DNA of 53,702 nucleotides from Chlamydiia bacterium (GTDB lineage Bacteria; Chlamydiota; Chlamydiia; Chlamydiales; JAYUZV01): NCBI GenBank assembly GCA_043751475.1, contig JAYUZV010000011.1, positions 1 to 53,702 of the forward strand, read 5' to 3'. Shown piece by piece: positions 45,801 to 53,702 of this stretch (position 1 is its first letter; each line of letters starts with the position of its first letter). The notes under the pieces were generated by a model. It saw only the letters and a program-made list of their open reading frames with translations, ran no database searches and was not told where the DNA came from. The position numbers and the translations under genes were made by a program.

Positions 45801-45960
45801 CTAAGAAAGAAAAGAAAGGAAGAGGAAATAACAAGGATGAAGAGGATAGGCAGGATAAGAAAAAAAGGATAAAGAAAGAATAGATTTTTCTTTTCTTATC
45901 CTCTTTCTTATCCTGCCTATCCTCTTCATCCTTGTTATTTCTTCTTTTTTTCTTTCTTTA
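45801..45960. repeat. Palindromic intergenic element R7 (core-less, with a perfect 36-bp inverted repeat) in a divergent promoter region
   Basis: aaataacaaggatgaagaggataggcaggataagaa (45826..45861) is the exact reverse complement of 45905..45940. Homopurine and homopyrimidine tracts flank the pair. Confidence 0.9.
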
Positions 45961-46024
45961 AAAAAATGTTTTATAAAAAGAGACGCTTCCTATAATGACC
46001 ATTAAAAGCACTAAGGAGACAACC

Positions 46025-46306
46025 ATGTCAGCACCAGCACCTATCGGTAATAACGGCCCGATTCTTCCTTCTAATCCTGTAACATCTACCAATCAAGCCG
46101 GCATTATAAAAGCAACAAGCGAGGGGATGAAAACAGTTGCGGAGTCGGTAATTCCATTCATCGAGCTACAAGCTACAGCTGCCTCTATCGGCAGCATGGC
46201 TACAGGAAGGCCCCCATGCGGCAATCCTACAGTTCACGGAAATATCCCTATTTTAGGTCTTCCTGATAGCGCGCCCTCTCTTGCTGGCAGGGTAACTGCT
46301 GGTTAA
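46025..46306 (+). CDS. Hypothetical small Pro/Gly/Ser-rich protein
   Basis: ATG 46025 is preceded by aaggag (46013..46018). The ORF track starts at ATG 45995, which overlaps a TATAAT hexamer (45991..45996). The hairpin at 46316..46342 follows the gene. Confidence 0.45.
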   Translation: MSAPAPIGNNGPILPSNPVTSTNQAGIIKATSEGMKTVAESVIPFIELQATAASIGSMATGRPPCGNPTVHGNIPILGLPDSAPSLAGRVTAG

Positions 46307-46315
46307 TCTAAAAGA

Positions 46316-46347
46316 AAGAAGCTCGCTTATAGCGAGCTTCTTCTTTT
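46316..46347. terminator. Bidirectional terminator hairpin shared by the small ORF (+) and bioY (-)
   Basis: Perfect 12-bp stem aagaagctcgct (46316..46327) / agcgagcttctt (46331..46342) with loop tat. It is flanked by an A-rich run upstream and ctttt downstream. The bioY stop codon (46327..46329) spans the stem-loop junction. Confidence 0.75.
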
Positions 46348-46899
46348 GTGAATTAGCGATAAAACACCTACGGAGAAGAGGATTTTAGCGCTGTCTGTTA
46401 CCATAAAAGGAACGGCTCCAGCCATATAAGCTCCCTGAAGTCCTAGATAGTTAGCAAGCCAAGCCACCCCAAATAGGTAGGTCACTGCATTACCGGCAAA
46501 AAGGGCCAGCAGTGCACTGAAGCGGCTCTTCATTTTTTCATAAACAAGACCTGTTACATAGGCGCCGGCAATGTAGCCCGCGAGATACCCTCCTGTAGGT
46601 GAGAGGAAATGGGCCAAACCACCGCGGCAGAAAGAGAGCACCGGCATACCACATGCAGCTTCTGCAAGAAAGAGCATCACAGCGAGCGCGCCAAGACGCG
46701 AGCCGAGCATTAAACCAACAAGCAGAACCAGTGTATTTTGCAGAACAAGGGGAATAGGTGTTCCCGGAAGCGCGAATGTAAGGGGTGCTGCAAGAGAGAG
46801 AAGCGCGGCACCTCCAACTACAGCCCCTGCGCTCTTTAACAAGTCGCGAGAAAAAATAGTTGTTCTATCTCTTATTTTTTGTGGTGTATGAGAGTTCAT
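46327..46899 (-). CDS. bioY: BioY biotin transporter S-component
   Basis: A 190-aa protein with six predicted transmembrane helices and the BioY-typical PTGGYLAGYIAG segment. Confidence 0.85.
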   Translation of the reverse strand: MNSHTPQKIRDRTTIFSRDLLKSAGAVVGGAALLSLAAPLTFALPGTPIPLVLQNTLVLLVGLMLGSRLGALAVMLFLAEAACGMPVLSFCRGGLAHFLSPTGGYLAGYIAGAYVTGLVYEKMKSRFSALLALFAGNAVTYLFGVAWLANYLGLQGAYMAGAVPFMVTDSAKILFSVGVLSLIHKRRSSL

Positions 46900-46931
46900 A
46901 TGACTCCTTAATTATTCTAAATTGACTCGTA

Positions 46932-47342
46932 TCAATGTATCAAAGAAACATAAAGATTATCAAGAACCTTTTCTGTTTCGGGGTAGAGGGGGGGATTGCC
47001 GGTGTAGGGAAGGGTTATCCACTTGCCATCCAAAATCTCTCCTAGTTGCAACTTCACATCACCTGTTACAAGAGCGGCAAAAAGAGTGACGCGTTTTTTT
47101 ACGTTCAACTTAGGCTGATACTCCTCGTAGAAAGGCTCTAATGGAAGATAAGAGGTGACACAAAGAGCGCACTCCTCAAAAAGCTCGCGCTCAGCTGTTT
47201 TTTTTGCCGTTTCACCAGCGTTTGCGTGGCCCTTAGGGAATCCCCAATGGGAGCCACTTGCAAGCTGAAGCAGAAAGCAGCTGTAGCTGCCATCCGATTT
47301 CCTTAGAAGAGGAATGATGCCGAAGGACTCTTCGAGTTTCAA
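46932..47342 (-). CDS. NUDIX hydrolase
   Basis: Nudix box GHANAGETAKKTAERELFEECAL. The ORF is open to ATG 47399, which would overlap fabF by 53 nt. TTG 47342 has GGAG 7 nt upstream and removes the overlap. Confidence 0.8.
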   Translation of the reverse strand: MKLEESFGIIPLLRKSDGSYSCFLLQLASGSHWGFPKGHANAGETAKKTAERELFEECALCVTSYLPLEPFYEEYQPKLNVKKRVTLFAALVTGDVKLQLGEILDGKWITLPYTGNPPLYPETEKVLDNLYVSLIH

Positions 47343-47346
47343 CTGA

Positions 47347-48606
47347 TTACTCCACAAAAGGAGCAAAAACAGCAACCGAGTTATGCCCTCCAAAACCAAA
47401 TGATGTGCTAATTGCTACATCTGGCTTGAAGGCTCTTGCTACAGGAACCGTGTCGATGCCTTTAATAAAATCATCCGGATCGTCGAGGTTAATTGTCGGG
47501 TGGAGCATACCTGTCTGAATTGCCTTCACAACGACAACAGCCTCAATACCAGAGGCGCCGCCAAGAGCATGGCCGATCATCGATTTTGTTCCATTCACTG
47601 CAATGCCATTTTCCATCTGACCGCCAAAAAAGCTTCTAAAGCCAGCGATTTCGCACGGATCGCCAGCACCTGTCGATGTTGCATGGGCGTTGATGTAATT
47701 AACGCGCTTCTTATCGACACCGGCATCCTGGAGCGCCAATTTTAAGCACGCCGCAACTCCTTTACCTTCAGGATCTGGGTTTGTCATATGAAAAGCGTCA
47801 CACGTAAAGGCTCCGCCGAGATATTCAGCTAAAATAGTGGCACCTCTGCGCTTTGCAGATTCCAGCTCCTCAAGAACCAGAACACCCGCACCATCGCCAA
47901 TAACAAAGCCATCGCGTGCCTTATCCCAAGGTCTTGAAGCCTTTTCAGGGGCATCATTTCGCTTAGAAAGCGCGCGCAATGCGCAAAATCCGCCAAAGCC
48001 AGGCGGCGTTACAGGCGCTTCCGTTCCACCGGCAAGCATCATATCGACATCGCCTCTGCGGATGTGCTCGGCAGCTAAATGAATTGCGTAATTACCAGTT
48101 GCACACGCTGTTGAAACAGAGTAGTTGGGCCCTTTAAATCCAATGTTAACACCCAAAATAGCGCCAGCTGCGTTGGTCATGCTGTAGGGAATAAAGAAAG
48201 GAGTGATCCGCGTCTTACTGTGCAAATTGCGGTAGGCATCATCATCAATAAAAAGTCCGCCGATGCCAGATCCAATGAGGATACCAGCGCGCTCTTTCTC
48301 AGATTGGCTCATCTGCGTATAGTTGATACCCGCATTTTTTAGCGCATTTTTACCCGCAACAACCGCGTAGGCCATCACAGGATCAATACGGTTAGCCTCT
48401 TTCGGGTCGATATAGGTGGCAAGGTCATAATCTTGTTTCACAGGCGCACAGAGCGTCGTGTAGAAGTCGTAATCTGCGGTGACACTTCCAGGTGCGTGGG
48501 TAACGCCGCTTTTTCCGGCTAGAAGGCTCTGATAAAATGCATCCACATCGCTTCCAAAACAAGAAGTAATTCCAAGTCCTGTGACAACAACTCTTTTTCT
48601 ATTCAT
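47347..48606 (-). CDS. fabF: 3-oxoacyl-ACP synthase II
   Basis: Active-site Cys context STACATGNYAI, and His motifs NAHATST and GHALGGASG. Confidence 0.95.
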   Translation of the reverse strand: MNRKRVVVTGLGITSCFGSDVDAFYQSLLAGKSGVTHAPGSVTADYDFYTTLCAPVKQDYDLATYIDPKEANRIDPVMAYAVVAGKNALKNAGINYTQMSQSEKERAGILIGSGIGGLFIDDDAYRNLHSKTRITPFFIPYSMTNAAGAILGVNIGFKGPNYSVSTACATGNYAIHLAAEHIRRGDVDMMLAGGTEAPVTPPGFGGFCALRALSKRNDAPEKASRPWDKARDGFVIGDGAGVLVLEELESAKRRGATILAEYLGGAFTCDAFHMTNPDPEGKGVAACLKLALQDAGVDKKRVNYINAHATSTGAGDPCEIAGFRSFFGGQMENGIAVNGTKSMIGHALGGASGIEAVVVVKAIQTGMLHPTINLDDPDDFIKGIDTVPVARAFKPDVAISTSFGFGGHNSVAVFAPFVE

Positions 48607-48631
48607 AAGCGCTTATCTCCATGAAAAAAAA

Positions 48632-48991
48632 TTAACCCGATTTAGCCATATCAATGGGAAGCCCCGTGCTCCAGAGCTCTTCAAGTTTATACAGCTCGCG
48701 GTGGCCCGGTGTCAAAACATGGACAATAATGTTTCCGTAATCGATCACCACCCAGTCAGAGTCGCCCATTCCTTCAACAGCAAAAGGTTTAAGCCCTTGC
48801 CCACGCATCGCTTTAATAATATCCTCGCAAATAGCGCTGACGTGGCGCCCTACGTTACCTTGGACAATCAGTACATAATCGGTAATAATAGGAGCCGCAG
48901 AAAGGTCGTAGGCGCGGATATCCTCGCCTTTTCTATCTGCCGCTATTTCGGCGATTTTTTTTAAGATAACTTTGGCTTCAGAAGCATTCAT
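48632..48991 (-). CDS. rsfS: Ribosomal silencing factor RsfS (iojap family)
   Basis: The size (119 aa), the DYVLIVQGNVGRHVSAI core, and the position immediately downstream of nadD match the common nadD-rsfS arrangement. Confidence 0.9.
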   Translation of the reverse strand: MNASEAKVILKKIAEIAADRKGEDIRAYDLSAAPIITDYVLIVQGNVGRHVSAICEDIIKAMRGQGLKPFAVEGMGDSDWVVIDYGNIIVHVLTPGHRELYKLEELWSTGLPIDMAKSG

Positions 48992-49003
48992 AATAATAAG
49001 GAG

Positions 49004-49612
49004 CTAATTTAAATTAGTAAGCCCCGAGTATAATTGATTTTTCGAGATATAGTCCACAACTTTTGCAGGCAGCAGACCCTCACAAGACTCTTTTTTACAG
49101 AGCCTCTGTCGCAACAGAGTGCTTGAAAGGGCAATTTTCGCCATCGGGGTGATCCCGGCAGCAATCTTTTTTTGAATTTCAGCTGGCAGGTGAGAAAAAT
49201 CGATCGTTTCACCTTCCGGCAGAGCCGTTAAAACCTCCACCTTATCAAAAATTTCCTCTAAACAGCGCCAGCGCTGCAAATCTTTTATCAATTCGCTAGA
49301 GAGGATAAGAAAAAGCGGCTCATCCGGTCCAATATCTGAGCAAAAATGGTCGATAAGAGAAATTGTGTAGCTCGGGCCTGGCTGGAGCGCCTCCCAAGCA
49401 TAGAGCTTAAAGGCAGGAACCCCTTCAATAGCGAGCTGTGTCATCTCTAGCCGCTGCTGAGCAGTTGCCAAATGATGACTCTTAAACGGAGAGCTCCCAG
49501 CAGGCGAGAAGTAGATCTCATCTAAGTGATGTGCCTCTAGCATCGCCCTTGCAAGGGCCAAATGGCCATTGTGAATTGGGTCAAAACTTCCACCAAACAG
49601 CGCCCTTCTCAT
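49004..49612 (-). CDS. nadD: Nicotinate-nucleotide adenylyltransferase
   Basis: GGSFDPIHNGH nucleotidyltransferase motif. ATG 49612 is preceded by gggagagggga. The ORF track begins at ATG 49639. Confidence 0.9.
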   Translation of the reverse strand: MRRALFGGSFDPIHNGHLALARAMLEAHHLDEIYFSPAGSSPFKSHHLATAQQRLEMTQLAIEGVPAFKLYAWEALQPGPSYTISLIDHFCSDIGPDEPLFLILSSELIKDLQRWRCLEEIFDKVEVLTALPEGETIDFSHLPAEIQKKIAAGITPMAKIALSSTLLRQRLCKKESCEGLLPAKVVDYISKNQLYSGLTNLN

Positions 49613-49646
49613 TCCCCTCTCCCTAGCACAGATAAACACGATACGA

Positions 49647-49950
49647 AAGCAAGAAAAGAAAGAGAATTAGCAGGATACAGGATGGGCAGGATAAGACGAG
49701 GATAAGAAAAGAAAGAAAGAGAAGATAACAGGATGGACAGGATATTTAGGATAAGAAAAAAAGGATAAAGAAAGAGTAGAGATTTTTATTTCTTTTTTAT
49801 CCTGAATATCCTGTCCATCCTGTTATTTTCTTTTTCTTCCTTCCTTTATATTATTTTCTCTTTCTTATCCTCGTCTTATCCTGCCCATCCTGTATCCTGC
49901 TAATTCTCTTTCTTTTCTTGCTTTCTTGCTTTCTTACTTACTTATCTTGC
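49647..49950. repeat. Palindromic intergenic element R8 (core-less, nested double palindrome with a perfect 61-bp inverted repeat)
   Basis: The outer variant-B arms at 49649..49709 and 49861..49921 are exact reverse complements (61/61). The inner variant-A-like arms at about 49723..49760 and 49794..49829 pair with a few mismatches. Confidence 0.9.
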
Positions 49951-49962
49951 TATCTGTGCGGC

Positions 49963-51630
49963 CTAAAGGGTTTCTAGCTTAGCGTCGATTTTTGTAATCA
50001 GTGCCCCAATTTCGGCAAGTAGCGCTTTAGCAGCGTGAGACAAGCCCCTGCGAGCCATTGCGTCTGCAGGCGAACCGCCTGAAAGGCCTCGCAGCGCACT
50101 CTCATGCCTCTCACCCTCATCCTGCAACTTCTCTAACGCCTCCCTACAATCAACAAGAGGATTCCACTCCTTAAGCGTTTCCACCTCTTTTGCACACCCC
50201 ATCAGCGCAATTTTTCTAAGCAGCAGGTTGCAATTATGTATATCTAAAGGCGATAGGTCATCTATTTCAGATTCAAAAAGGTCGCGCACGACACGCTCTT
50301 TCTCTCTAAAGGCACCTAACTCTAGCGATTGATTTTCAATTAACGCCTCAAGCATCACTTTCAATGATTGAACGCGCGCAAGGCCGAGCTCCCTCTCTTT
50401 TTGCGCATCTAAACGCCTCTTTTCAATTCTCTCATAATAAGGAGCACAAGCCTCGTCAATTTTACGCGTCACCTCAGAGACAGCCTTTTTCGAAAGGCCC
50501 TGAGTGCGCATCATTCCTTCTAGCTTACTGCGCGCTTCAGATAGCGTCACTTCCGCAATCTTTCCTTTGCAAAGCTCGTGCAGCTTCTCAACTTCGGGCA
50601 GAATCCTCAATGCCTGTTCTGGCAACAGGCCGGGGCCCTCCTCCTCGCGCTCGCGACGAGCTGGTTTTTCAAATTTACTGGCACGGGCAACCGGCTTTAC
50701 CTCTTTAGCCACTTTTGCAGCCCTATCCCAGCAGCGGCCCAGAAGCTCGCGCGAAAATTTAAAGGTCTCGCTGTCGCACAAGTTTCTGACTACACTTTGA
50801 AGGCCCCTAATTTCTGCCATTAGTGCCCCCGCTGGTTTAAGCACGATCCCATCTGCACCAAAAGAGCCACTTTCAAAGGCCACTAAATCCTCGCGGATCA
50901 TCTCGGAGGCCTTTTTTAGTAGTTCACTGCGTCTTGGGAAGATCTTATCTCCCAATTTCGATAGCTTGCCACGCATAGCACCAGAAACAACTGGAGGGAG
51001 CTCGCTTGTAATCTCTTTGCGCAACGCATGAATGCGATTTACAAATGGGGTTAGCACAGCCAGCTCATCTTGAATCCCGCGGTAGTCGGCATCTCTTTTC
51101 AAAAGCTGCAAACAGGCAGGTGGAAGAGTAAACTTCGGTGTGCGCTCTGCAAATAGCGCCATATTTTTGATATCCTCAGAGAGCTCCTTCAGCGCGCGCT
51201 CTGTACTTTCGCGCACTTGCACAGAAACACTACTAATCTGCGCTTTAATTGCATCGCGCATCGCGCGAATCTCTGTTAGCCCCTCAACAGCTTTTTTACG
51301 CGCTTCGGGATTCATACGTAAGCTCAAAAGCGGAATAACAAGTCCGTTCAGATCCCAGTAGGCGCGCATGCGCGGGGTTGCCCCAGAAAGTGCTGCCCTC
51401 ATTCCGGCAATCCCCTTCTCGAGCTTCTCTTCAACAGGAACCTCGCTGGCAATAAACACTTCAAGTTCTTTGCCCTCTTTAGTTGTCACTGGCGGCCTAG
51501 GGACCACCTTTTTCTCTGCCTTTGGCGCCTCCTCATGACTCAAAATTAACGGATCTGGCGTGGCAATGACGGTTTCGGGCGCACCAGCGGTTTCGGGCGC
51601 GATTTCGGGCGTGTGGTTCTGATTTTCCAT
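49963..51630 (-). CDS. Hypothetical helical/coiled-coil protein
   Basis: 555-aa ORF rich in Glu, Lys, Arg, Leu and Ala, with heptad-like stretches. I recognise no catalytic motif. Confidence 0.6.
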   Translation of the reverse strand: MENQNHTPEIAPETAGAPETVIATPDPLILSHEEAPKAEKKVVPRPPVTTKEGKELEVFIASEVPVEEKLEKGIAGMRAALSGATPRMRAYWDLNGLVIPLLSLRMNPEARKKAVEGLTEIRAMRDAIKAQISSVSVQVRESTERALKELSEDIKNMALFAERTPKFTLPPACLQLLKRDADYRGIQDELAVLTPFVNRIHALRKEITSELPPVVSGAMRGKLSKLGDKIFPRRSELLKKASEMIREDLVAFESGSFGADGIVLKPAGALMAEIRGLQSVVRNLCDSETFKFSRELLGRCWDRAAKVAKEVKPVARASKFEKPARREREEEGPGLLPEQALRILPEVEKLHELCKGKIAEVTLSEARSKLEGMMRTQGLSKKAVSEVTRKIDEACAPYYERIEKRRLDAQKERELGLARVQSLKVMLEALIENQSLELGAFREKERVVRDLFESEIDDLSPLDIHNCNLLLRKIALMGCAKEVETLKEWNPLVDCREALEKLQDEGERHESALRGLSGGSPADAMARRGLSHAAKALLAEIGALITKIDAKLETL

Positions 51631-51727
51631 AAAAATAACAACTTCTAGTTCTATCTGTTTAAAAGGGAAAAAGTAACACGTTACAATAATTTATGAGAAG
51701 AAAAATGCGCATGGCGCCATTAAGCTC

Positions 51728-52894
51728 TTAGAGCGAGAGCTCATAATCGCTAATGAGGTAGTCCGCAATTTCGGCAGGTGATATGCCTAAAACGTTAATC
51801 CACTGAAAAAGTTTATCGCGATCTTTGTTGCGAAACCAGGTGAATTGACGCTTAGCATATTCGCGCGAGGCTTTTTTGAAACTGGACGCAAGCAGAGATC
51901 GCGCGCAAGCAGATCTGTCGCTTTCAAGATAGAGCAGCGTCTGGCGGTAGCCAATAGCCTGCGCCGCCGAGCGGTTGGCTTCAAGACCGCGCCTCTTTAG
52001 CTCTTGAACCTCCTCAACGAGCCCGTCGGCAAGCATCTTATCGCACCTCTTCTCAATCTCCGTATTCAGATATTCGCGCGGCATGTGTAAAAACCAGCAG
52101 CGAAAGTTATACTGGTTGCAGAGCCCTGCACTACTGCTGCTTTGGGCAAAAAGCGAGACCTTCTGGCCAGATAGGCGCATGATTTCAAGGGCTCGCACAA
52201 TCTTCTGCTTGTCGCTTCCTGTCACAGAAGCGGCATACTCCGGATCTAGCTCCGCAAGACGCTTATAGAGCGCTTCCGGCCCGAGCACCTCCATCTCGCG
52301 TTCAATGGCCTCGCGCACATCAGGGGTCGAAGGAGGCGCCATTGGCGGACCATAGAGCAGTGAATTGATATAAAACCCGGTGCCACCGACAATAATGGGC
52401 ACATTGCCCCTCGCTAAAATTTCGGCAATCAATTTGGCTGTTTCGCGGTAGAAATTCATGATATTAAAGGGCTCGTGCAACTCGTGCATGTCAATGAGAT
52501 GATGAGCGACCTCGCACCTTTCGACAGAGCTAACCTTAGCCGTTCCGATGTCCATTCCCTTATAAACTTGCACCGAATCGGCAGAGATAATTTCGCCAGA
52601 GATCGCCTTGGCAACCATCAGCGCCACGCGACTCTTGCCAACAGCTGTAGGGCCTGAGATAATCATCACCTTTTTCTTTTTGGAATGGAGCGAGACGCGC
52701 TCCTTCAGCGGCTCTGCATAAGCCGCAATGAAATCATCGAGAGCAAACTCGCTATCTATTTCAGAGCCAAGCTCCAGCAGATCACTACCATCAAGATCTG
52801 ACAGACCTTGTTTACTACTTGGTCTACTACTCGGCTTACCAATTGCACCTGTTTTTTGACGGGGAGCGCCCGGCTCTGCTTCCACAGCAACCAC
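51728..52894 (-). CDS. miaA: tRNA dimethylallyltransferase with an acidic or low-complexity N-terminal extension of about 75 aa
   Basis: P-loop ISGPTAVGKS and DSVQVYKGMDIGTAK. The frame stays open upstream to GTG 52894, directly after the STAS gene stop. Confidence 0.85.
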   Translation of the reverse strand: MVAVEAEPGAPRQKTGAIGKPSSRPSSKQGLSDLDGSDLLELGSEIDSEFALDDFIAAYAEPLKERVSLHSKKKKVMIISGPTAVGKSRVALMVAKAISGEIISADSVQVYKGMDIGTAKVSSVERCEVAHHLIDMHELHEPFNIMNFYRETAKLIAEILARGNVPIIVGGTGFYINSLLYGPPMAPPSTPDVREAIEREMEVLGPEALYKRLAELDPEYAASVTGSDKQKIVRALEIMRLSGQKVSLFAQSSSSAGLCNQYNFRCWFLHMPREYLNTEIEKRCDKMLADGLVEEVQELKRRGLEANRSAAQAIGYRQTLLYLESDRSACARSLLASSFKKASREYAKRQFTWFRNKDRDKLFQWINVLGISPAEIADYLISDYELSL

Positions 52895-52899
52895 CCTTA

Positions 52900-53241
52900 C
52901 TATTTGTGATTTAAAGATTCTTGCGCCGCAGCTAATGTACCAAAAATTTTAACAACCCCATCCAGTGTATGAATCGGGTTATCCGGATCGTTTGGAGCTG
53001 CAATGAGAAGTTTTCTTTCCGCACCACCAACCGTACGGCCAAGTTGCTTGACCTTGGTAATAATAACGCGGAGGGCGGCACTGTTGATATATTCTAAATT
53101 CATAAGGTTGAGGATCAGATCGCCGCTCCCCTCCCATCCCTGCATCTTTACCTGAAAGCTGAGATTTGCCGCCGCATCCAGACGGCCACCTACACTAAGC
53201 ACATTACCCGTGTCATCTATATCAAACTCAATCTGACTCAT
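52900..53241 (-). CDS. STAS-domain anti-sigma-factor antagonist (RsbV-like)
   Basis: STAS-fold pattern with the candidate phospho-serine context YINSAALRVI. ATG 53241 gives 113 aa. The ORF track starts at GTG 53283. Confidence 0.75.
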   Translation of the reverse strand: MSQIEFDIDDTGNVLSVGGRLDAAANLSFQVKMQGWEGSGDLILNLMNLEYINSAALRVIITKVKQLGRTVGGAERKLLIAAPNDPDNPIHTLDGVVKIFGTLAAAQESLNHK

Positions 53242-53324
53242 GAAACTACCCAAAAAAAATCTATCTATTTCACACAGTAGCACAGCTGGCGCAGCGCGCG
53301 CAACGGTAAAAAGACAAATATTTT

Positions 53325-53585
53325 TTAAGAGACCTCGACGCGCACTTTTTTGCCCTCTCTCGCTCCTAAATTAAGAGCCAGTGTGCGCAGAGCGTTAATG
53401 GTATTTCCCTTTTTACCGATAACCTTTCCCAAATCTGCGCTGTCCACAGTAACCTTAAATGTAAGGGCTTGCCCCACCTCTTCCTGCTCTACCTTTACAC
53501 CGTCTGGATTCTCAACCAGGTTTTTCACAACATAACTCACAAACTCTAGCATATCTTTACTCTTAGGGCTTTTGAGGCGGATCAT
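53325..53585 (-). CDS. KH-domain RNA-binding protein (UPF0109/KhpA-like)
   Basis: GxxG loop in VIGKKGNTINALRTLA and a small size. An alternative start at 53552 (MLEFVSYV...) would give 75 aa. Confidence 0.8.
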   Translation of the reverse strand: MIRLKSPKSKDMLEFVSYVVKNLVENPDGVKVEQEEVGQALTFKVTVDSADLGKVIGKKGNTINALRTLALNLGAREGKKVRVEVS

Positions 53586-53702
53586 AGCAAACCAGAAGAA
53601 TTGAGATCAAGACACAAAATAATGTTTCAACACGGCACATCCGTGAAAAATAATATTTATAACTCAATAAAATATACTGACTTATAAAATAAATACGTAA
53701 TA

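Noticed and set aside
3801-49962. CRISPR array interpretation of the recurring intergenic repeats.
   Set aside because: The repeats are inverted and not direct. They are dispersed over 46 kb between ordinary genes, have no regularly spaced unique spacers, and no cas genes are present.
51631-51727. Small palindromes (gtaac-ac-gttac and atggcgccat) in the miaA-downstream spacer as a terminator or operator.
   Set aside because: The stems are only 4-5 bp, have no proper loop or T-run, and the sequences are not repeated elsewhere in the window. The evidence is insufficient.

Overview
This 53.7-kb bacterial chromosomal window is densely coding. It is mostly housekeeping genes, and their combination points to a Chlamydia-like (environmental Chlamydiae) genome. 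This taxonomic call is inference only. The supporting genes are a class Ic-type ribonucleotide reductase (nrdA with three ATP-cone-like repeats, and nrdB with Phe at the radical-Tyr position), tandem NrdR boxes, a SET-domain protein, a fused AroD-AroE, an RsbV-like STAS protein, HtrA, an M16C peptidase, sucCD, ftsY, priA, lysS, cysS, fabF, nadD, rsfS, miaA and bioY. Two things stand out. (1) At least nine intergenic loci carry a family of large palindromic repeat elements that is not explained by any gene. The arms are built from GGATAAG/CAGGATA-type motifs and include perfect 36-bp and 61-bp inverted repeats. Five copies carry a conserved core of about 95 nt with two hairpins. The second hairpin shows compensatory base changes between copies. 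The core also has a Shine-Dalgarno plus ATG mini-ORF. The elements sit flush against stop codons. (2) A 3943-aa giant ORF (18936..30767) has only one readable catalytic signature, a P-loop/DEHD NTPase module. From memory this module resembles one found in giant eukaryotic proteins. The ORF also has an (EA)n acidic tract. A small islet of three orphan genes (9703..11698) lies between nrdB and the SET gene. I saw no rRNA, tRNA, CRISPR array or transposase. All coordinates of motifs were counted by hand from the sequence. No database search or folding computation was possible.
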